The position numbers were made by a program, and so were the translations under genes. The notes beneath the pieces are model-generated. The model was not told the origin of the DNA, did no database searches, and worked only from the letters and a program-made list of their open reading frames with translations. From Dictyostelium discoideum (Eukaryota), in the NCBI GenBank assembly GCA_000004695.1, contig CM000151.3, positions 2,816,001 through 2,880,000 of the forward strand: a stretch of DNA of 64,000 nucleotides. The letters run 5' to 3'. Positions 13,226 to 30,670 of this stretch are shown in pieces. Every line of letters starts with the position of its first letter. Position 1 is the first letter of the stretch.

Positions 13226-13693
13226 TTTTCCCAATTTTTTTTTTTTTTTTTTTTTTTTAAATATTTTTTTTTTTTTATTATTTTGTTTAAATAATATTTT
13301 ATTATATTCGGCACTATTCCTTTCAACGGATATATTTTTTTTTCATTTTTTTTTTTTATTTTTTAAGTTTTTTTTTTTTTTTTCCTTTTTTATATTAATA
13401 ATATTAATCATAAAATAGGGATGATGGCAAAAACAATGTTATGTGTGTGTTTTTTGTTTTTTATTTTTATTTTGTTCTTTGAAACAAAATCAAAAAAGGA
13501 AATGTGTGGGGGTGTGTGTTTTGATGTTTTTTTTTTATTTTTTTTATTTTTTTTTGTTTTTTTATTTTAATTATTATTTCGCAACCACACCACCCTTTTT
13601 AATAAATAAATTTTAATTTTTTTTTCCATTTTTTTTTTTTTTTTTTCACACCAACATAAATTTTTTTATACCATTTGTTTAATTTTTATCTCA

Positions 13694-14426
13694 ATGGAAG
13701 CTAATAAAACACAAGTAGACCCAAACCAGATTTGTAAGTATAGAATATTAAAAATAAAACACCAATAAAAATAAAAAACCAATAAAAATAAAAAACTATT
13801 AAAAAAAATAAAAACATATAGGTATATCAAATTTTGATGAAATCAGTTTGGATATTGTAACTATTTACGATGGGTTACATACAATAAAATTTAACGATGA
13901 AAAAGCATTTCAACAGTATAAAGAAGTTATCAGCTTTTTAAATAATTGGAGACATACACATACCGATAGGTATCATAATTTTTTCAATTCTGTGAATTGG
14001 TATGAAAGTAGATTAAAAGAAATTGATCAATTATGTTCAACACTAGTGGGTTATAAAATTAATGCTATGCTTTCAAAGAATGATAAAGAATTATTTTCAA
14101 AAGATTTAAATCAAATTTATGAATCAGTTTCAAAACAAAGATTACTTTTGTTAACTAATTTCTACAATTCATCACTCAATAATCAATATGAATCAATTTC
14201 GCAATCAATAAAAACTATAAATTTATCCTTCATTCCACAAATTCCTTTGGATTTAAATCTCGATATTAAAAATCAAAAAAATCAAATTTTCGAATGGAGG
14301 CAGTCAACAATTTCAGAATTAAATCAATCATTGGATGGTTTTGAAGTTAGTTTATTGGAGTTAATAGAATATATAGAATTATATTCATATACCCTCATTA
14401 ATTTGGGTAATATTACATTAGGTTAG
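13694..14426 (+). CDS. Small hypothetical protein, member 2 of the same paralog family; 2 exons: 13694..13733, 13822..14426
   Basis: Exon 1 is MEANKTQVDPNQI plus T, with a GTAAGT donor. The acceptor is ...catatag. The split codon T|GT gives Cys, then ISNFDEISLDIVTIYDGLHTIKF...QIFEWRQSTISELNQSLDGFEVSLLELIEYIELYSYTLINLGNITLG. Confidence 0.6.
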
Positions 14427-14446
14427 TTTTTTTCTTTTGTAATTAA

Positions 14447-14498
<52 letters not shown>

Positions 14499-14640
14499 TA
14501 GAAATAATAGTAAATAGTTTGTATATATTTTTGTAAATAACTTTGTAAAAAATTTTTGTAAATAATATATGTGCATAAATAAATAACCTCACTCAGTATT
14601 AATTGTACATAAAAAATAGTAATAATAATAAAAAAAAAAA

Positions 14641-14762
14641 AAATTATCGATTTCCAAAAACATAACAGTAAATAATTAAAAATCAAATAGAAATCAATTT
14701 AATAAAATTTATTCATTTCAGTATTGCGACCCCCAAAAATAATATAATAGTAATAAATAATA

Positions 14763-14836
<74 letters not shown>

Positions 14837-15330
14837 TATTTCCAAAAATTTTTCATTTCAGTATTGTGACCCAAAAATAGTAATAATTAAAAAAAAAAAA
14901 ATAAAAAAAAAAAAAAAAAAAAAAAAAATATCGAATTTCCAAAAACATAACAGGAAAGAATTAAAATTCAAATAGAAATCAATTTAATAAAATTCATTCA
15001 TTTCAGTATTGCGACCACCCAAAAATAAAATAGTAATAATAAAAAAAAAATCGAATTTCCAAAAACATAGTTCAACCGATAACAGTAAAGAATTAAAAAT
15101 CGAATTTCCAAAAACACAGTTTAATCGATAACAGTAAAGAATTAAAAATCAAATAGAAATCAACTTAGTTATTCTATTGGCCTACTATGAGCAAACAGCC
15201 GCCTGCCAACAGCTGGCGACCGCTGGGCTAAAAAAACACAGTTTAATCGATAACAGTAAAGAATTAAAAATCAAATAGAAATCAACTTAGTTATTCATTT
15301 CAGTATTGCGACTACCCAACACCTAGTTTT
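14641..15330 (+). mobile_element. Tandem array of at least 5 truncated non-LTR retrotransposon 3'-end units (TRE/DRE-like 'C-module'-type), each ending in an oligo/poly(A) tail; contains a GC-rich 62-bp insertion (15170..15231)
   Basis: Repeated unit core '(t)cgaatttccaaaaaca(t/c)a...ataacagtaaagaattaaaaatcaaatagaaatcaa(t/c)tt...attcatttcagtattgcgac(c)cccaaaaata', each followed by A-runs (up to about 66 A at 14767..14832). The units are truncated at different 5' positions, as expected for 5'-truncated LINE-like insertions. Confidence 0.4.
14767..14832 (+). repeat. Poly(A) homopolymer about 66 nt (retroelement A-tail)
   Basis: Uninterrupted A-run following a TRE-like 3'-end unit. Confidence 0.9.
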
Positions 15331-15843
15331 TATTTTACAAATAAAAAAATTTAATTTTTAATTTTTTATTTTTAATTTAAATGAAAAATTTTTTTCATTT
15401 AAATTAAAAATAAAAAATTAAAAAAAAAAAAATTTTAAAAAAAAAAAAAAAAAAAAAAAACTTTTTTTTTTTTCCCATTTTTTTTTTTTTTTTTTTTTTT
15501 TTTCATCACTATGGTTTCTATTTTTATATCTTCAAAATTTAGTCCAATTTTAGCACAAAAATTTTTTTTTTTTTTTTAATTCTATTTAAATCATTTCACC
15601 ACTTGGTGTGTGTGTGTTTTTTTTTTTGAAAAAAACAAAAAAAAAAAAAAAAGGTTTTATTTATTTTCATTGAAAAAAAAAAAAAAAAAAAAAAAAATAA
15701 TTTATCACAAAATGATGATGTACCACATTTTTTCTTTTTTATAATTTTTTTTTTTTTTTTTGTTTTATTATTTTACAAATATAATGTGGGTTGAAAAGTG
15801 AAAAAATAAGAAATAAAAAAAAAAAAAAGCAAAAATAAAAAAT

Positions 15844-20595
<4,752 letters not shown>

Positions 20596-20913
20596 ATAAT
20601 TTAAAAAATAAAAATAAAAATAATAATAATAAAAATGATAAAAATGATAATAATAATAATACTATTTTTGGATTTTTTTATTAAAAATGATAACAAATTT
20701 TATTTTTTATTTTTAGTGGTCCCCCATTCCCACCCACCCCAATTGATTCCCCAATCAATTTTACCCAAAATTAAAAAATGAATTTATTTTTAATTTAATT
20801 TTTAATTTTTAATTTTTAATTTTTTAATTTTTTTTTTTCCTTATATTTTTTTTTTTTTTTTTTTCTACTCTTATTTTTTTCTTTATTATAAGATAATTCA
20901 ATAAAATAAAAAA

Positions 20914-21842
20914 ATGAATATAGAAGGTGACGCAAGCCAATTAGAGAATAATAAAAACAGTGATATTAAAAATAATGTTTTGGTAATTTTTTTTTTTTTT
21001 TTTTTTTTCTTTTCTTTTCTTTCAAATACTTATACTCTTTTTTTAATTTTAAATATTAAAGGAACACATATCAAAAATTATAAAAAAAATTTGTTATATC
21101 ATTGTTTGGAATGTAAATGATATGAATGCAATAAGCAATAAATTAAAATTAAAAGAAACTTTAACTCCATTTGGATTTGAAGTCATTTGTTTCGATAATA
21201 TAAATGATGATTTAAGAAATGTATTTAAAACAATTGTAAAAGATCTAAAGTCTGATAATACAAAAGCAATGTTTTTATTTTATATTTATGGGCCATACCA
21301 ATTAGAAGATAATAAAATTAAACTTTCATCATTAGTTGAAATATATCAAGGTTCTAAAATAACCCGTGAAATAAAATTTTTTTTAAATAGTTTGATAGGT
21401 TTATTAAAAACAAAAGAAGATGAATTCAGTATGTATATTTTTTTTAATTTTCTCAACAATTTATATATAAAATAATTACCAAAATATTTTTTTTTTTTTT
21501 TTCAAACTAAATAATTTTAAGAAAATTTACATTTCAAAAAAGGAGTAATGCTATCATGGGAAAAGATATTTATTTTAGATTTATTTTATAATAATAACAA
21601 TAACAATAATAATAATAACCCATTAGAAAAATTATTTCAACTTTATAATTCTCCCAATGAAATATTAAACCTACCAACAATGGATAGTAAGTATTTTTAA
21701 ATAATTATCATTTGTAAATTTTAAATAATAATAATAATAATAATAATAATTTTAAGATACTAATTTATTTATTTTTAAGATATTTCATTTATACATTCAC
21801 ATTTATTATTTGATTATTTGAATAATAATAATAATTATATTA

Positions 21843-21878
<36 letters not shown>

Positions 21879-22720
21879 CAAATAATAATATTAATAATAA
21901 TAATTCAACTACTACTACAACAACATCTTCATCATATAGAATTAATGATAATACAACAACTACTACAACTACAATTGTAACAACTACAACAATTAATGGT
22001 GAAGCTTCACCATTTTTAGAATTACTATGTGATACATTAGAATCAAATGATAAAGAAGTATTATCAAATAAGATTGTTAAAATGAAGGGTATTATTTTAG
22101 ATAATTACATTACAAAGTATTTTGGTAATTTAAATAATTTAGAAACTCTTTTGAAGAAAAATTACCAAATGATTCCATATAACTTAAAAAATCAATTATT
22201 TGACAATTTTAATATATTTTTTGGTTCACAATCAAGTGGATCAATAATCTTTAATTCAAATAGCCAAGTTAATACTAATAGTAATAATAAAATTGAAACT
22301 TATAAAGAAAAACCTGGAAATAGAAAAGTGATATGTTTAATTTTCAATGAAAATGAAAATGAATTAAAAAATCAAAATATAATAGAAATTAAAAAATCAT
22401 TTTTAAAAAAAGGCACTGAATGTTTTACCTTTAGTAATATATATTCATTTCATCGAAAAGTTTATTCAATTCTTCCTCTATATCCAGAATTAGATATTAT
22501 ACTTTATTATCATTCAACCAACGAAGATGACAGAAATGAAAAATTTTTTAATTCAATAAATGAATTTAAAAATGATAATATATATAAATCAGAACCTTCA
22601 AAAATACTTGTCCCAACCTTTAATAATAACAATAAATCACCTATTAACTCATTTAATGTTGAAAAAGAATTTGATAATCTAAAAATCAAAATTGAAAGTA
22701 TTAATAACAATAACGATAAC

Positions 22721-22818
<98 letters not shown>

Positions 22819-22885
22819 GAATATTAAAGTTATAAAATCAATGATCGAAATATTAAAATTTCACCAGAAAAAAACAAGTATGTAA
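20914..22885 (+). CDS. Asn-rich hypothetical protein with two copies of a '(K/E)VIC(F/L)xFNxNxxxLxN' module; 4 exons: 20914..20982, 21062..21428, 21522..21686, 21780..22885
   Basis: Exon phases are consistent across three AT-rich GT..AG introns (donors GTAATT, GTATGT, GTAAGT; acceptors attaaag, ttttaag, tttttaag). Spliced protein: MNIEGDASQLENNKNSDIKNNVL|EHISKIIKK...KTKEDEF|K|NLHFKKGVMLSW...PTMD|N|ISFIHSHLLFDYLNNNNNYINS... The track ORFs 20914..21120, 21122..21475 and 21818..22885 are pieces of it. Confidence 0.5.
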
Positions 22886-23047
22886 TAATCAATTGATTAT
22901 TAAATTATAATAGGTTTAAAATATAATTAATATTAAAATATATATATGTTTTTTTTTATTTCCAAAAAAAAAAAAAAAGAAAATGATAATTTTAAAAAAG
23001 GTAAATTCACTTCATTTAAAAATTTATTTATTTTAGATGTTTATGAT

Positions 23048-23604
23048 ATGGAAAAAGAAGCAAAATGTTTTTTCAATGAACTTTATAAAGGAGAATTTAA
23101 TAATGATATAATAAAAGAAATTTCAAAGGATACAGATTTTGGTAAATAATATATATTTAATTTTATTTTTAGAAGAAAAAAAAAAAAAAAAAAAAAATCA
23201 AAATCAAAAACAAAAGTTTGTTCTAATTAAAATAATTATTAGGTAATATTTATTTAGTTTCTCCAATTTTAAGGTTAAATAGAGATCTAGGTTGTGAGTC
23301 TAATGAATGTTTGACAGTTCTAACTTCATCAATATGTGATAGAATTAATTCAAATGATTCACCAGGAAGAACTCTGTCAGAAATTAGAGAAACTATTAGA
23401 TTTGACATATTGGACTCATATATTAATCATTTTATTGGTGATGTTATAAAATATATTTTAGAAGAAGAGAATATCGACATAGGTGCCTCTAGTATTGATG
23501 GAAATCTTAAGCACTCAAATAGTTTTGAAATCCTTTTTGGTGATCCAAGTAGTAGTGATTTAAAAATTGTACCTTTTAATAATAATAATAATAATAGTCA
23601 ATAA
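23048..23604 (+). CDS. Small hypothetical protein (about 147 aa); 2 exons: 23048..23141, 23258..23604
   Basis: ATG in the aaaATGG context. Exon 1 is MEKEAKCFFNELYKGEFNNDIIKEISKDTDF plus G, with a GTAAAT donor. The acceptor is tatttag. The G|TT split codon (Val) continues SPILRLNRDLGCESNECLTVLTSSICDRINSNDSPGRTLSEIRETIRFDILDSYINHFIGDVIKYILEEENIDIG... Non-low-complexity coding composition. Confidence 0.4.
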
Positions 23605-23697
23605 TAAAATAAATAATAATAATAGTCAATAAAATTTTAACAAATCTCCTGTCTCTTTTCTACAATTTTGTTTTTTTTTTTTAAAAAATTAAATAAT

Positions 23698-24585
23698 TTA
23701 TTTTATATATTTTGATAAGAATTTTTTAGCAAAATCACTTCTAGTTGTATCATTAATAAATCTCTTCTTTACAACGGGTTCATCTCTAGCTTGATTTTTA
23801 AAAACACCATCGTCAAACCAACTATTTCAATAGAAAAAAAAAAGAAAAATGTTAATAATAATACTAAACCAAACATGAAATAATAAATTAAATATTACAT
23901 ACTTTTTCTTTATAGAATAATCACCACTACTATTATTATTGTTATTATTACTATTGTTATTATTTAATAAAGGATTACCATGAGCGACTCTTTCTAAACG
24001 CTCTTTTTCTAATTCTTGTTGTCTCTCTAATTCTTTTTTCTTTTGTTGTTCTGCTTTTTCTTTTTTAATTTTTTCAAGTTCTTTCATTAATTCTTCTTCA
24101 TCATCTGAATCATCTGAATCATCAGAGTCATCTGAATCATTATTTTCACTATTATCTGAATGATCTTTATCAACTTTTTTAAATTTATTCTTTGAACCAT
24201 TGTTATCATCATCATCATCATCATCATCATCACTATCACTATCACTATCATCGCTATCTGTATCATCATCGTCTATACCTTTTCTCTTCTTTATATTTGA
24301 TGTTGTAGTTGTAGTTGTAGTTGATGTTTTATTATTTTCCTCTTCTTCTTCATTTATTAATCTATTCTTTAATTTTAATAATTCTTTATCATTTTCAATT
24401 GAGGTATCTTCAAATTTAATACCAGATTTCTTTTCTAATGATTTTAATTCTCTTTGTCTTAATTCTTCTTTTTGTCTATCTTTATCATTCTTGTCAGTGT
24501 CATCTTTTCTTGTTTTTAGGTATGTGCTTCCCATACCAACACGAAGTGATGATACTAGAACTGATGGTACTCTTTTATCTGCCAT
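23698..24585 (-). CDS. cwc15: Spliceosome-associated protein Cwc15/Cwf15 (AD-002 homolog); 2 exons: 23903..24585, 23698..23821
   Basis: '[40 protein letters not shown]' aligns with human CWC15 '[40 protein letters not shown]'. After splicing the C-terminus is '...[40 protein letters not shown]', matching '[35 protein letters not shown]'. Intron 23822..23902 has a GTATGT donor and gaaatag acceptor, phase 2. Confidence 0.85.
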
Positions 24586-24908
24586 TTTTTTTTTATTTGT
24601 TTGTTTTTTATTTATTATTTATTTATTTTTTTATTATTATCCCTTTTGTATACAATTTATTTTTAAAAAACCAAAAAAAAAAAAAAAAATAAAAAAAAAA
24701 AAAATTAATTAATGGTAACGATAAATCTCTTGTTGAATTTTATTTTATTTTTTTTTTTTTTTTTTTTTGAAATTTTTATTTTTTTATTTTTTTTTATTAT
24801 TTTTTTTATTTTTTTATTTTTTTTTTTTTATCAAAAAATCCACTCTTTAGTTATTCTATTTTTAGTTTGTTATTTAAATTTTTTTTTTTATTTTTTTTTG
24901 AACATTAA

Positions 24909-25820
24909 TTACATATAGGCATACTCTTTAGCTTGCTTTAATCCTCCAATAATGCCATGTAGTAGTTCGGCTAATGAATTTCTGTTGATTAAATAATCAT
25001 GTTCGCTATAATTTTCAACCTGGTCTTTAAAATTTTGATAGTACTCTTGTACATATGAACTAAAATGTGTAAAATAATTATTTAAAATTGTGAATGATAA
25101 TTTTGTAATTTCAATTTTACCCAATTGTAATGATACTAGACAAAATTCTGATATTTTAGTTGGCCTGTAATAGTTAAAAAAAAAATCCTCATTTAAAGAC
25201 TTTTCACTCTTGATTACTTTAAATATATAATTTATTGATGTTAATTCTAAATTAAGACAGCACCATTTAATTATAAATTTTGGAAAATTCAATTCTTCTT
25301 TACCACCTGAACCAATTAATTCCAACTCTTTTAAAAATAAATCTTTTCTTTTTAGTAAAATGAATAGTTGTAAATTACGTTGAATAACTCCCTGACATTT
25401 TGAGTAACCAAATATTTCTACTTCTTCTTTATATGGACGATATATAACCGAATCAATTAAATCATCAAATGGTGATTGTTGAATGAATTCTAAAGATATT
25501 GTTTTAATAGTTTTTTTAATTGTTTTATGAATATCTCCTTTATCTTTTAAATATTCATACAATATTGGTGATCTTTTAAATATTAAGAATAGTTTTAATT
25601 GTTTATTTTCAATTTGAAATTCATATTGATTTTCAATTAAAACATCATACATTTGGTTAATTATTTCAAAATCCTCTCCTTTTTCATAATTTCTAAAATT
25701 ACAATAAAATAAAACTTCTAATAATCTTAAATAAATTTTTAAATTTGCTTGCTGTGTTTTAAAAGAGTCTTCAATACTATTATTATTATTATAATTATTA
25801 TTATTATTATTATTATTATA

Positions 25821-25901
<81 letters not shown>

Positions 25902-27739
25902 TATTTTAATTATTTCTCTACATTTATTTATTTGAATAATTATTAAATTAATAAATAATGGGTCATATTTATTTGATTTTATATTGAAATCCAACTCTTT
26001 ATTTGTAAAGATTAAATTCTCGACAACCAATCTTGATAAATTATAATTTAATGTTTTTGATGATAAATTATAATTTAATGTTTTTGATAATAAATCTTTA
26101 ATTAATTCTTTATTTAAATTGATTTTAATTTTTGAGAGATTAAACTTTATATGTTCATTTGAATTGGTTCTATTATTATATTGATCATCTTTATAATAAC
26201 CATTGTTAGCTATATATTCAACTAATTTGTAAAGATCATTAGAAGGATCACCCATTTGACTATCTAATATAAAATTGAACATTGTATTATATTCTTGGTA
26301 TATTAATTCATCATCTTCATTTAATAATCTTTTATTTAAAGAAAATAGTACTTTATGTAAATAATTTCCAATTTTAAGACCCAAAGAGTCAAAATATTTA
26401 AAATCATTGATATTACTTTCAGCAAATGCCTTTAAAAATGGTACAAAATAAAAGCCATTTGAATTTTTTGTTATTGAATGTAATTTTATAAAATAATTTG
26501 ATAATTCAACCGAATCATAATAAAAATCAATTGTATTAATTTTATATAATTTATAGTCCATATCTTCTATCCAATTACTAAGCAAATTTATTGTTTCAAT
26601 ATCTTTAGCAATTGAAAGTACATTACAATTACCAATACTTGATAAAATTGGATTCCAGTGCAATGGTAAATTATTTTTATATTTATTTGGTATGAAACTA
26701 TATAATTCTTCATATGTTGATTTATCAGTTTGTAACATTATATTTAAAATTGTATCTTTAATATATAGATTTCCTTCTTCTTCTTCTTCTTCTTCTTCTT
26801 CTTCTTCTTCTTCTTCTTCTTCTTCTTCTTCTTCTTCTTCTTCTTCTTCTTCTTCTTCTTCTTCTTTTTCTTCTTCTTCTTCTTCATCATAATCATTATC
26901 ATCATCACCATCTTCTTCTTCTTTTTCTTCTTCTTCTTCTTCATTCAAACAATGGTTATAATTTATTTTTGATATAAGGAGTCTTAAGAATTCGATTGAT
27001 CTTTTTAAATTTGATATTATTTTATTTGCTTTATTGTTATTGCCATGGTAAACTTTTAAATGATATATGGTGAAGTCAATTTGTTTAAATATTGATGGTA
27101 TGTAATTGTAAAGGCAATAATCGATTGCAATTTCTTTAAAATTATCAATTGAAATTAATTCATCACCTATATTATCATGATATTTTGATAAATATAATTC
27201 AAATAATGTTTTTGATTTTGATAAAATGATTAATTGTTTTAATAATTCTTGAATAGTTTCATCATCATTTTGTTTTAATAATGATTCTAATGGTGGATGT
27301 TCTCCCCTATATAATTTAATACATTCAAATAATATTTCTAATTTATCTTTATTATTATTATTGTTATTATTAAAATTTTCAATTTCTTTATCAAATATGA
27401 TTTTGATATAATCTAATAATTTATAATTTGTTTTGAAATTTGTTGAAACTTCTAATTTTTCTAAATCTATTGCTAATTTTGCACCAATCCTTTTTTTACA
27501 ATTCCTATTATTTATGAAAAATGAAACATATTCATTAAATTGATTTGGTTGTTGTTCTTGTTGTTGACCTATTAATATAAGATGGTCTAACATAATATTC
27601 TCTAATGTAATACCATGAACTCTGTTTCCAGTCATACTCATTTTGTTGAAACCATAAAAACCATCTCCATTCCATGATTCCATAGTATATGATTCAAAAG
27701 TTTTATCTTTATTTATTTTAGTATTATCATCATCACCAC

Positions 27740-27827
<88 letters not shown>

Positions 27828-28367
27828 ATTTTTATTATTATTATTTTTATTATTAATATAATTTAAGGATTCAAATAATATTTTAATAACTTCATAACTA
27901 CCATGGTATAACGCTAATTGGATTATTTTATCATCATCTAATGATTTATAATCTCTTTTTTCAAGTATTAATTGTAATATTTCTTTAAATAATTCAATTT
28001 TAATAGAGATATTATATATATTATAATTAGAATAATATTCTTCCTTTCTTAATAATTGAATATTATTATTACCATTATATTCACTTTCATTAATTAAATA
28101 GAGTTCGATTAAATGCCTGATACTAGAGTAGGTAATAAAAACATATTCATCATTTATTAATTTTGATTTTAATAATTGAAATTGGTTATTTTTAATCATC
28201 CATTTTAAACTATAAATATATTTAAATTTAATTCTTTTATCTTTATCAAATAAAAAATTGATTTCATTGTTGTTGAATAATTCACTGTTTTCCATGATTT
28301 CAAATATTAAATTAAATAAATATTTGTTGTGAAACACTTTCCAAAATAGAATTTCATTATTATTCAT
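24909..28367 (-). CDS. Large (1152 aa) hypothetical protein with poly-Asn and long poly-Glu tracts; no recognisable domain
   Basis: Single uninterrupted ORF. The ATG (MNNNEILFWKVFHNKYLF...) is preceded by an in-frame stop. The (GAA)n run at 26775..26935 encodes about 50 consecutive Glu. The non-repeat parts have good coding composition. Confidence 0.7.
26775..26935 (-). repeat. (GAA)n on the coding strand, about 160 nt, encoding a poly-Glu tract within the 1152-aa protein
   Basis: Plus strand (CTT)n. In-frame EEEE... in ORF 24909..28367. Confidence 0.9.
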
Positions 28368-28383
28368 TATTATTCATTATTAT

Positions 28384-28478
<95 letters not shown>

Positions 28479-28718
28479 TTTATTATTGTTTAATATGTGT
28501 AAAAAAAAAATAAAAAAGAAATACCGCCAACAATAAAACCATAAATTAATTTGAAAAAAAAAAAAATTGGAAAAAATACAAATTTCTTGTGAAAATATCA
28601 AAAAAAAAATAAAAAATTATTTTAACTTGGTTAATATTAAAAAACATTAAAATAAAATTAATTTTTTTGATGGTATGAAGCAATACCAATGATGGGAATA
28701 TATTAAAAAAAAAAAAAT

Positions 28719-28776
28719 TGGGGGGGTGGAAGTACATCGTAATAAAAAAAATCTGTTTTACACAGGTGGGTGTGTT
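28719..28776 (-). promoter_or_regulatory. G-rich boxes (ttgggggggtgg; aggtgggtgtgtt) in the AT-rich promoter region of the 1152-aa gene. Candidate G-box (GBF-type) elements
   Basis: Isolated G/T-rich islands about 350-400 bp upstream of the ATG at 28367. Similar boxes at 8284..8295 (upstream of G6PD) and 13503..13520 (upstream of gene 13694). Confidence 0.25.
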
Positions 28777-28960
28777 ACTGTGTGAATTAAATAAGAAATT
28801 ATATTTCATAAAAAGTGGATAGGCATATTAAAAAAAAAAAATTTTTAATACTATTAAAAAAGATTTTTTTTTGTTATTGCCATAAATGCCAAATTTTTTT
28901 TCTTGCCATAATTGGTAGTAAAAAAAAAAAAAAAGTTGTTTTTTGATAATTATTTTTCAA

Positions 28961-28995
<35 letters not shown>

Positions 28996-29217
28996 ACAAT
29001 TAGGGGTATTTATTTTGTCTACACAAAATAATATAACACACCCCAAACCTCATAATGTTGTACATACCTCAATAAATCTTTTCCAAGATTGAAGAGGCAA
29101 TTTATTTTTTTTTTTTTTTCTCTTTACTAGAACAATAATTTTTTTTCCAATATTGCTCTATCGGTATTTTAATATGAGAATGATGCGATGTATGAGAATT
29201 AAATTTGTATTTACAAA

Positions 29218-29253
<36 letters not shown>

Positions 29254-29292
29254 AGATTGTTATTAATACAGTTTTAAAATGAGTTTTATAAT

Positions 29293-29956
29293 TTATTGTA
29301 AATAGAAAAAATTAATATCCAAATTATTAATGTTTAAAAGATTATATATGATTTTGTTAATTAAATTATTTATATATTGAAATATCTCTTTAAAGTCAAC
29401 TAGCAATTCTGATAATCGTTTTATAGTTTGGTCTCTCCATTCAAACAAATGATCGGATGAAATTGGAATTTGATTTATATTAAATGAAAATTCATTATTA
29501 TGATTATTATTAATAATTTGTAAATTATTATTTAAAATGAAATTATAATGATTTATAATTAAATGTTTAGTTAATTGTGAAATTCCAATTTTAATTATTT
29601 GAAGAAAACTAGAAAAAGTATTTTTATAATTGTTTTCTAATTCTTTATAAATTTGAAGATTTTCATCTTGTATAATAACTTTATAGATTGGAAATATTTC
29701 TTCAAACCTATCCATAAACCAATCTTTTTTTTCATTTTTAAAAAAACAATAATTAATATCATAATAAATTTTTGAATGAAAACCCCAATCATATAAACTT
29801 TTCATTATTTCTTTTAAATATGAAAAAATAATTTTTGGTAAATACCCCAATGTATTTGATTCATCAGTTTTTTTTGAAATATTAATTTGAATTTTATCCC
29901 ATATATCTATACCTAAAATTTTTAATATACATAATTAATAAAATTTTAATATACAT

Positions 29957-29991
<35 letters not shown>

Positions 29992-30049
29992 ATACATTTT
30001 TCATAATGACAAGAAATATTATTTTCTAAATTTATAAATATATTCATTT
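29293..30049 (-). CDS. Small hypothetical protein, member 3 of the paralog family (see 12429 and 13694); 2 exons: 29996..30049, 29293..29912
   Basis: Exon 1 is MNIFINLENNISCHYEK plus T, with a GTATGG donor. Intron 29913..29995 has acceptor ttttag. The split codon T|GT gives Cys, then IDIWDKIQINISKKTDESNTLGYLPKIIF...HLFEWRDQTIKRLSELLVDFKEIFQYINNLINKII... It has the same 'Cys-codon-split' exon architecture as the two plus-strand paralogs. Confidence 0.55.
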
Positions 30050-30670
30050 AATTTTTAACTTTATTATTAATCCTTTTTATTATTTGTTTATTTTTTTTTT
30101 TAATTTTTTTTTTTTTTTTTTTTTTTTGTTTATTTTTTTTTATATTCTTTTTTTTTTTATTTTTTTTTTTTTTATTTTTTTTTTTTCATAGCAATTAATT
30201 TATCCACACAATAAACAAATAAATAATGTTGTCTTTTGGTAAACCAAAATAATATTGAAAAAAAAAAAAAAAAATTATTAATAGCATTTTTCTTAATTAT
30301 ATGATACCCACATAGATAAAGTGTGATTTCATATTTTCAAGATAAAAATTTTGTAAATAGAAAATTAAAAAAAAAAAAACAAAAGAGCAATGAAATTTGT
30401 GTTTAAAAAAAATAAAATATTTCGATTTACCAAAAGACAAAAAAAAAAAAACTTACTTTGTGTTCATACTAAAAGGGTGACTCACCATTGTGTTTTTTTT
30501 TTTTTTTTTTTTTTTATTGGGAATGATAGTAAACTAAAAACTGACAAAAAACTTAATAACTGGAATTAAGTAAAATAAAAAAATAAAAAAAATAAAAAAA
30601 AAAAATGATCAGTATTTTTTATTTTATTTTTTTTTTTTTTTTTGAAAAACGAGAAAACTGTAAAAAAAAA

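Noticed and set aside
15170-15231. GC-rich 62-bp insert inside the TRE-like array as a possible tRNA gene (the expected TRE target).
   Set aside because: It is too short (about 50 nt of structured sequence). It has no A/B box and no cloverleaf. It is kept as an unexplained insertion in the findings.
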